From assembly GCA_000004695.1 (NCBI GenBank), contig CM000152.2, positions 3,296,001 through 3,360,000 of the forward strand: a stretch of DNA of 64,000 bases. Direction: 5' to 3'. Every line of letters starts with the position of its first letter. Positions within the stretch are counted from its first letter, which is position 1. This document shows positions 58,152 to 64,000 of this stretch, one piece after another. The DNA is from Dictyostelium discoideum. Taxonomy: Eukaryota. The notes beneath the pieces are model-generated. The model did not search any database. It saw only the letters and a program-made list of their open reading frames with translations, and was not told where the DNA came from. A program made the position numbers and the translations under genes.

Positions 58152-59001
58152 TTTTATTTCTATCTGTTTTAAAATTTATGAAAATTAATTTATATTTTTT
58201 TTTTTTTTGGTTTTGTTTTGTATTTTGAACAAAAGTATTCAATTAAATTAAAATAAAAATAACAACAATAATAAAAACAAAATAAACAAAAAATAAAATA
58301 ATTAAATAAATAATAATATTAATAAATTAAAAAAAAAAATAAAAAAAAAAAAAAAAAAAAACTAACAATATAAATAAAGATAAAATAATTTTTTTCAGAT
58401 TATAACAGTGAGATTGAGTTGTGGGTTGTGTGTTTGTGTTTGGGGTTATGTAATTATTTGAAAAAAAAAACACATATTTGAGCACACAGATATTAATCAA
58501 CCTTTTTTTTTTTCTCTTCACCACACCTTTTTGATTTTTATTATTGAATTTTTTTTTCATTTAATTTACATATTCCAAAATAAAAGTAATAATAATAATA
58601 ATAATTATAAAAATAAAAATAATAATAAAAAAATGAGATTTTTTTATTTGAATATTCAATAAAAATAATCTTTTGGTAATAATATTTTTTTTTAACTGAA
58701 TTTTCCATTTTTGAATTTGATTAAATATTATATATTTAAATCACTATCATCAAATTCAAACTTTTTTTTTTAAAATTAATCAATTTAATAATATATTAAT
58801 TTATTATTTTGATATTTGACATTTGATATTTTGATATTTTATATTTTATATTTTATATTATTACTCTTTATTGCAAAAAAAAAAAAAAAATAAAAAAATA
58901 AAAAGTATCCTTTGCAAATGTAATTATTAAAAAAATAAATTATACTATACCTTTTTTTTTTAAATCCAATAAATAAAAAATACATAATTTGTTGTGTGTA
59001 C

Positions 59002-59040
<39 letters not shown>

Positions 59041-59161
59041 TTTTTTTTAAGGAGAAATTTTATTATATACATATACTTTTATTTATTTATTTTTTTATTT
59101 ATTTATTTGTTTTCTTTTTTTTTGTATATTTTTTTATTACAATAAAATTGAATAAAAGTGA

Positions 59162-59449
59162 TTAAAAATAAGTAATTTCATCATCTTTTGCTTTACCATC
59201 TTGAACTGAAACTAAAGAAGCAGCACCAGAAAATGGTTTATAAATTCTAAGATGAGCATAACCATTTTCAGTTCTTACTTTAACAAAATAATTTGTACCA
59301 TTTACAAGTTGAGTTTTGTAGCTAATAACCTTTAGATTAGAAATATTGGTTCCAAGTTTACTTTGAATTGAAGGTTTAACAGCATTTACAATATCTTCAA
59401 CTGTTTTATCAGCTTGATGAGTAGCACCTAATCCTCCAACTTTTGTCAT
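59162..59449 (-). CDS. Cystatin A / stefin-type cysteine protease inhibitor, 95 aa (cpiA/cpiB family)
   Basis: N-terminal G (MTKVGGLGA), the QxVxG-type loop (QLVNG), a second hairpin loop, and the stefin family size. Confidence 0.8.
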   Translation of the reverse strand: MTKVGGLGATHQADKTVEDIVNAVKPSIQSKLGTNISNLKVISYKTQLVNGTNYFVKVRTENGYAHLRIYKPFSGAASLVSVQDGKAKDDEITYF

Positions 59450-60049
59450 TTTTTTTTGTTGCTTTTTTTGTTTATTTTTTTTAAAAAAAAAGAAATTATT
59501 TATATGTTAAAAATTGAATTAAATATTTTTTTATTAACAAAAAAAAAAAGAAATTAATAAAAAAAAAAAAAAAAAAATTAAAAAATTTAAAAATTTAAAA
59601 ATTAAAAAAAAAAAAAAAAAATAAAAAAAAAAAAATAAAATAAAATAAAATAAAATAAAAATTAATAATTGTTTTGAAACAACAAAAATTAAAAATAGAA
59701 TTTTTTTTTATTGGTACACACAACCCTAGTGTGTTTTAGTTTTCAAATTTTTAAAAAATTTTTTTTTTTTTTTTTTTTTTTTATGTCCCAAAAATTCAAT
59801 TTTAATAAATATCTTTTTTTTTGACCTTTTCTCTTCATTTTTTTTACCAGGGTCTATTCACCAAAATCTTTTTTTTAGTTTTATCATTTTTTCATTTTTT
59901 TTTTTTTTTTTTTTATTATAAATATTCAAAATGTAAGTTTTTTATTTTATTTTAAAAATAAATAACATTCACACACACACACACACACACTCACACACAC
60001 ATACATATCAAATAATCATATATCTCTCTATACATATATTCATATAACA

Positions 60050-60886
60050 ATGCCACACATTAGTGTTGCATCATCAGTTTTTCTTTTCACAATAATTTTT
60101 ATTTATTCAATTTCATTAATTTTTACAATACTAATACCTAATACTACTGCATCATATACAAAATTAAAATTATCAAATAGTTTATACGAAAATGATGAAG
60201 ATACAAAATATAGTTATTTTGCACAATTTTATAAAAATCAAATTAAAATTACAAAAGATGGTATAATACCAAAATATAATGAAGGTGTAGAATATATAAT
60301 AGATACATGTACATATGAAGAAATTGAAATTAGTGAATTTAAAAATTGTGGAAATTTAACAGGAATTAATAATACACAATTAATAATCAACAATATTAAT
60401 AAAATTAATAAAATTTCAAATTTAATTTATATTTTAACAGCAAGTTTAATTTTAATAAATATTTTAATATCTTTATCAGTTTATAAATTAATATTACCCT
60501 CAACTTCAAAACAAATAAATATAAATCAATTAAAATTTAGTTACCAAAAAAGGATATTTCTATTCAAATATTTTAGATTATCATTCTTACCATTACTAAT
60601 ACCAGCTGGTATTCTAATAAATTATTATACACAATTTGATAATTATTTTACAAATATTCCATTAAATGATGCAACAATATCTGATGGTAATTCATTTGGT
60701 TTTGCTGTAGTATCAATTGTTTTCAATTGTATGGGAGTTGTTTCAATTATAGGTTCAACTATTTTTTATTTAACTGAAATTTTAAATTCATCATCATCAT
60801 CATCATCGTCAAATATCCCATATGTAACTCCAAATGGTGGTGGTGAAAATATACCACTTAAAAATAATAATAATAATAAAGTATAA
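60050..60886 (+). CDS. Hypothetical multi-pass transmembrane protein, 278 aa
   Basis: ATG ORF with an N-terminal hydrophobic segment, three further TM-like segments, a Ser-run and an N-rich C-terminus. It is preceded by an (AC)n tract at 59970-60002. Confidence 0.45.
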   Translation: MPHISVASSVFLFTIIFIYSISLIFTILIPNTTASYTKLKLSNSLYENDEDTKYSYFAQFYKNQIKITKDGIIPKYNEGVEYIIDTCTYEEIEISEFKNCGNLTGINNTQLIINNINKINKISNLIYILTASLILINILISLSVYKLILPSTSKQININQLKFSYQKRIFLFKYFRLSFLPLLIPAGILINYYTQFDNYFTNIPLNDATISDGNSFGFAVVSIVFNCMGVVSIIGSTIFYLTEILNSSSSSSSSNIPYVTPNGGGENIPLKNNNNNKV

Positions 60887-60913
60887 AAATTTATTTATTT
60901 ATTTATTTTCTAA

Positions 60914-62497
60914 TTAATTATTAATTATAATTGTTTTTGGTGATTTATTATTTGAATATGTTACTTTTAAACCATTTGGTAATTGAGTGAAATCAATTGG
61001 ATTTTCATCTTGAGAATAAAAGTATTCTAAATGATTTAGTGTTGTTGAGATTGGTTGTAATAGTGAAGTATATTTATTGATTGTAGATGGTAAATAGGAT
61101 AGTATTAAATAAGTTACACTTGAAGGAATTGCTTTTATCATTGATTCATTTAATTTTACACTTGAGATTATTAATGTTTTAATTGATGATGGTAAATCAC
61201 CAGCTTTTAATTGTTGAGCAAAGTATTTACTTAATTTTAAAAAAGTTAGATTTGGTGGTAACACACCCTTTGCTAATGGTTTATTAAATTCATCACCAAA
61301 TTCTAAATGTTCTAAACTTGTTGGAAGGTCACCTACTTTAAGTGGTAAATTAAAATTAATTGACAAAATTAAGGTTTTCAATGTAGCTGATGTTGATGGT
61401 AGAATGAAATCTCTATTGAAATAGTGGCCTAAATTCAAAGATATTAAATTATCTGGTAAATGACCTTGTTTAATATCTTGGCTGAATGAACTACCAAATT
61501 GGATTTCAGTACAGGTTGATGGGAAACTACCAACTTCAAGTGGACAATTAAAATTCGAACCTTTGTTAAACAATACTTTAGTTACACCTGATGGAATGAT
61601 CCCACGTTTTAAAGGCTGATCAAAACCATTATTAAATCTAATCACTCTAACACAATTTGGTATATCACCAGCCTGTAGCCATTGATTATTCATACAATTA
61701 CCAATTTTAATATCAGTCAATGATGTAGAATCACGTGGTAAATAACCTTTGTCAAACACTCTTGCATGGCCACTTAAACCAATGTCAAGTGTGGTAAGTG
61801 ATTTTGGAATTTCGCCAAGTCTCGTACCGAAATAGGTGCTATTGATAACCAATGTTTTCACAGTCGATGGTATGAATGGTATAGTACTAACATATTTAGT
61901 TTTTGAATAAGTTCTTTGATTTTCAAAACCTTCTTCCAATACTAATTTTTTAATATGTTTTGGTATATCGGTTGGTTCAAGTATCACTTGTTTTGGATAT
62001 TTACCAATCTTTAGTGTTGATATTGATTTTGGTAATATTAATCCAAGATTTATATCTTTAAATGATTGTTTATCAAAACCAAATGATATTATTTCAATGG
62101 TTTTTGGAATTTTAATTTCATTTATTAAATCATTGAATCCTAAAAATGGATCAACTTTTTTAAAATTTAATTCCTTAATATAACAATTGATTTCTTTAAT
62201 TTCACTAAATTCTTTATAATCTTGTACTAAATATTTTTCATTTGAATATTGTTTATAAAGTTTACATTGTTTAAATATTTCATTCTTTATATATTGATTT
62301 TTTAATAATTTAAAAAATAATTCACTATTATCATTAATTTCTTGTTGTTGTTTATTATTATTAACTTTTTTTATAATTTTAAAAATAATACTATATTCTT
62401 CTTCTTCTTCTTCTTGCTCTTCAATTTCTTCGACTTTATCTTCTTTTAAGTTATTTGATGATTCTTTTGTTTTTTTTCCTTTTAAAAACGAAAACAT
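60914..62497 (-). CDS. FNIP-repeat-containing protein, 527 aa
   Basis: Repeated ~22-residue units of the form LP.SL..L.FG..FN.PL..G.LP..L (for example GDLPTSLEHLEFGDEFNKPLAKGVLPPNLTFLKL), characteristic of the Dictyostelium FNIP repeat family. Confidence 0.75.
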   Translation of the reverse strand: MFSFLKGKKTKESSNNLKEDKVEEIEEQEEEEEEYSIIFKIIKKVNNNKQQQEINDNSELFFKLLKNQYIKNEIFKQCKLYKQYSNEKYLVQDYKEFSEIKEINCYIKELNFKKVDPFLGFNDLINEIKIPKTIEIISFGFDKQSFKDINLGLILPKSISTLKIGKYPKQVILEPTDIPKHIKKLVLEEGFENQRTYSKTKYVSTIPFIPSTVKTLVINSTYFGTRLGEIPKSLTTLDIGLSGHARVFDKGYLPRDSTSLTDIKIGNCMNNQWLQAGDIPNCVRVIRFNNGFDQPLKRGIIPSGVTKVLFNKGSNFNCPLEVGSFPSTCTEIQFGSSFSQDIKQGHLPDNLISLNLGHYFNRDFILPSTSATLKTLILSINFNLPLKVGDLPTSLEHLEFGDEFNKPLAKGVLPPNLTFLKLSKYFAQQLKAGDLPSSIKTLIISSVKLNESMIKAIPSSVTYLILSYLPSTINKYTSLLQPISTTLNHLEYFYSQDENPIDFTQLPNGLKVTYSNNKSPKTIIINN

Positions 62498-63304
62498 TGT
62501 TTAAAAATTATTACAAAGATATGTTGATTTGTTGTGTAAAAAAAAAAAAAAAAATAAAAAAAAAAATTTAAAAATAAAAATAAAAAATGAAAAAAAAAAA
62601 AAAAAAGATATTTTCAAATATCCAATCAATCATTATTATAATAATAAAAAAGATATTTTTTAAATGGCTTATAGATTTGACTATGTGATGTTATGGGAAT
62701 ATAATTATTTTGAATTTTATACTTAAAATTAAATTTGATGATCTGGAATCAATTCATTGAAAAATATTTCCCCAAAAGTTTATGCCCAATTAAATTCAAA
62801 CTAATCCCTTTTTATTTAATTATGAAAAAAAATTGGTTTTTTGTGATAGTTGTAATCTATTCAAAAATATTAACAGTTATTCCTCAAAATGGTAGTTTTT
62901 TCTAGTATTCAAACTTTGAATGTAATAAAGTTACTCTATAAAATTAATAGATATTAAATATGCATATTACATTACTAATTATAGTTGACACACATTTAAA
63001 TAATATAATAATAATAATAATAATAATACTGTCAACTCATTATGAATAATATAAATACTAAAGAATAATTGTATAAACAATATTGAATATTATAAATATA
63101 AACTAATATTAAATAAAGATAACAAAGTATTATTCAATTATATAATTATTAATTATATATATTTATAAAGCTAACAAGCTTTATTACATTTGGCGACATC
63201 GTCTTTAAAAAAAAAAAAAAAAAAAAAAAAATATATTATAAATATAAAGTTATCAAATTATTCAATCAATTAAAATTTTACATTAGATTAAATTTAATTT
63301 AATA

Positions 63305-63341
<37 letters not shown>

Positions 63342-63344
<3 letters not shown>

Positions 63345-64000
63345 AGTAATAATGAAAACGTAATTTTTTCGGGTGATGGAAAAGGTTTATCATTTCGTAA
63401 ATTCAAACACTTACTCTTATTAATTCATGGCGAGGAAATATCGAAAGCTGATATTATTAGAAAACTAAGAAACAATGCATTGGAATATGCCGCAACATTG
63501 GATACAGACTTAACAGCAATGGAGATAATTGAAGATCTTAAAGATGCTTTTGATATTGGTGATAGTGATGATTTATCAGATTTAACAAAGTTGGGAGAAT
63601 ATAAATACAATACATTAGATATATTAGTTGGTAAATTTCTTTCAAAATGTTCAGCAGTTGATATTTCAGAAAAGTTTAAAATACAATTGTTTTATTCAGC
63701 TGTTGGTATTGAATTGGGTATTGAAATTACAAAATGTGCACCAAAATCATTAAAAAGAGCAATAGACATTGCAAAGTCTTGTGAAGATGGTTCAATTCGT
63801 ATGAGAGGTAGATCAATGTATACTGGTCAATTGGTTGCAAAAACATTACAAGAATTTGGAACTCAAAAGTATCTTGGTTCTGGATCTGGTTATACAACAT
63901 CACCACAGTACGTTACATCTCAAACTGAACAATCTACTGAAACTGAAGTATTAGCAACTCCAATTTATAAAAATCAAACATATTCACCACCACCATCACC
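63342..64000 (+). CDS. 5' part of an unknown protein-coding gene (3'-partial, runs off the window)
   Basis: ATG at 63342. The frame is open with no stop to 64000: MSNNENVIFSGDGKGLSFRKFKHLLLLIHGEEISKADIIRKLRNNALEYAATLDTDLTAMEIIEDLKDAFDIGD... The composition is non-repetitive and not biased, and the upstream A-run is typical of Dictyostelium 5' flanks. Confidence 0.5.

Noticed and set aside
58327-59072. ORFs 58327..58560 (-) and 58839..59072 (-)
   Set aside because: Homopolymer-driven poly-F/K translations in intergenic DNA.
63425-63610. ORF 63425..63610 (-)
   Set aside because: Antisense to the well-formed plus-strand gene that starts at 63342.

Overview
The window looks like nuclear DNA from a dictyostelid social amoeba, most likely Dictyostelium discoideum. 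It is roughly 75-80% A+T, with long homopolymer and (AAT)n tracts and poly-Q/poly-N coding runs. Genes are compact, with short AT-rich introns using GTAAGT/GTAAAT...AG. It is not prokaryotic: I see no operons, CRISPR arrays, tRNA or rRNA genes, or classical defence islands. Many ORF-track 'M' starts are TTG/ATT alternative starts inside exons, so I rebuilt spliced models by hand from splice signals and reading-frame continuity.

Genes I can support, left to right:
- ogdh 3' end (2-oxoglutarate dehydrogenase E1)
- Speedy/RINGO-like cell-cycle regulator
- an inverted-repeat-flanked cassette carrying a stop-disrupted ORF
- PRP6-like HAT-repeat protein with a huge Q/N/H-rich N-terminus and an assembly gap in its coding repeats
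- small coiled-coil protein
- 4-TM membrane protein
- DDX56 DEAD-box helicase
- hypothetical poly-N protein
- cyclophilin, plus a truncated cyclophilin pseudo-copy
- radical-SAM HemW/RSAD1
- OXR1-like LysM+TLDc protein
- profilin-like protein
- secreted protein
- F-box/LRR protein
- SAM-dependent methyltransferase
- UAS+UBX protein (FAF2/UBXD8-like)
- PHO80-type cyclin
- AP-4 epsilon adaptin
- EGF/IPT transmembrane protein
- RIO1 kinase
- dynactin p150Glued (CAP-Gly)
- atypical Ras GTPase
- cystatin A
- TM protein
- FNIP-repeat protein
- a partial gene at the right edge

The most unusual structures are: a ~240-bp inverted duplication of the PRP6-like gene's 3' end bracketing a 1.6-kb cassette; a 5' cyclophilin fragment duplicate; an internal tandem IPT-domain duplication; and a perfect 22-bp hairpin. 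There are also palindromic GC-containing motifs in AT-desert intergenic DNA. I found no novel multi-gene 'system' of the prokaryotic kind.
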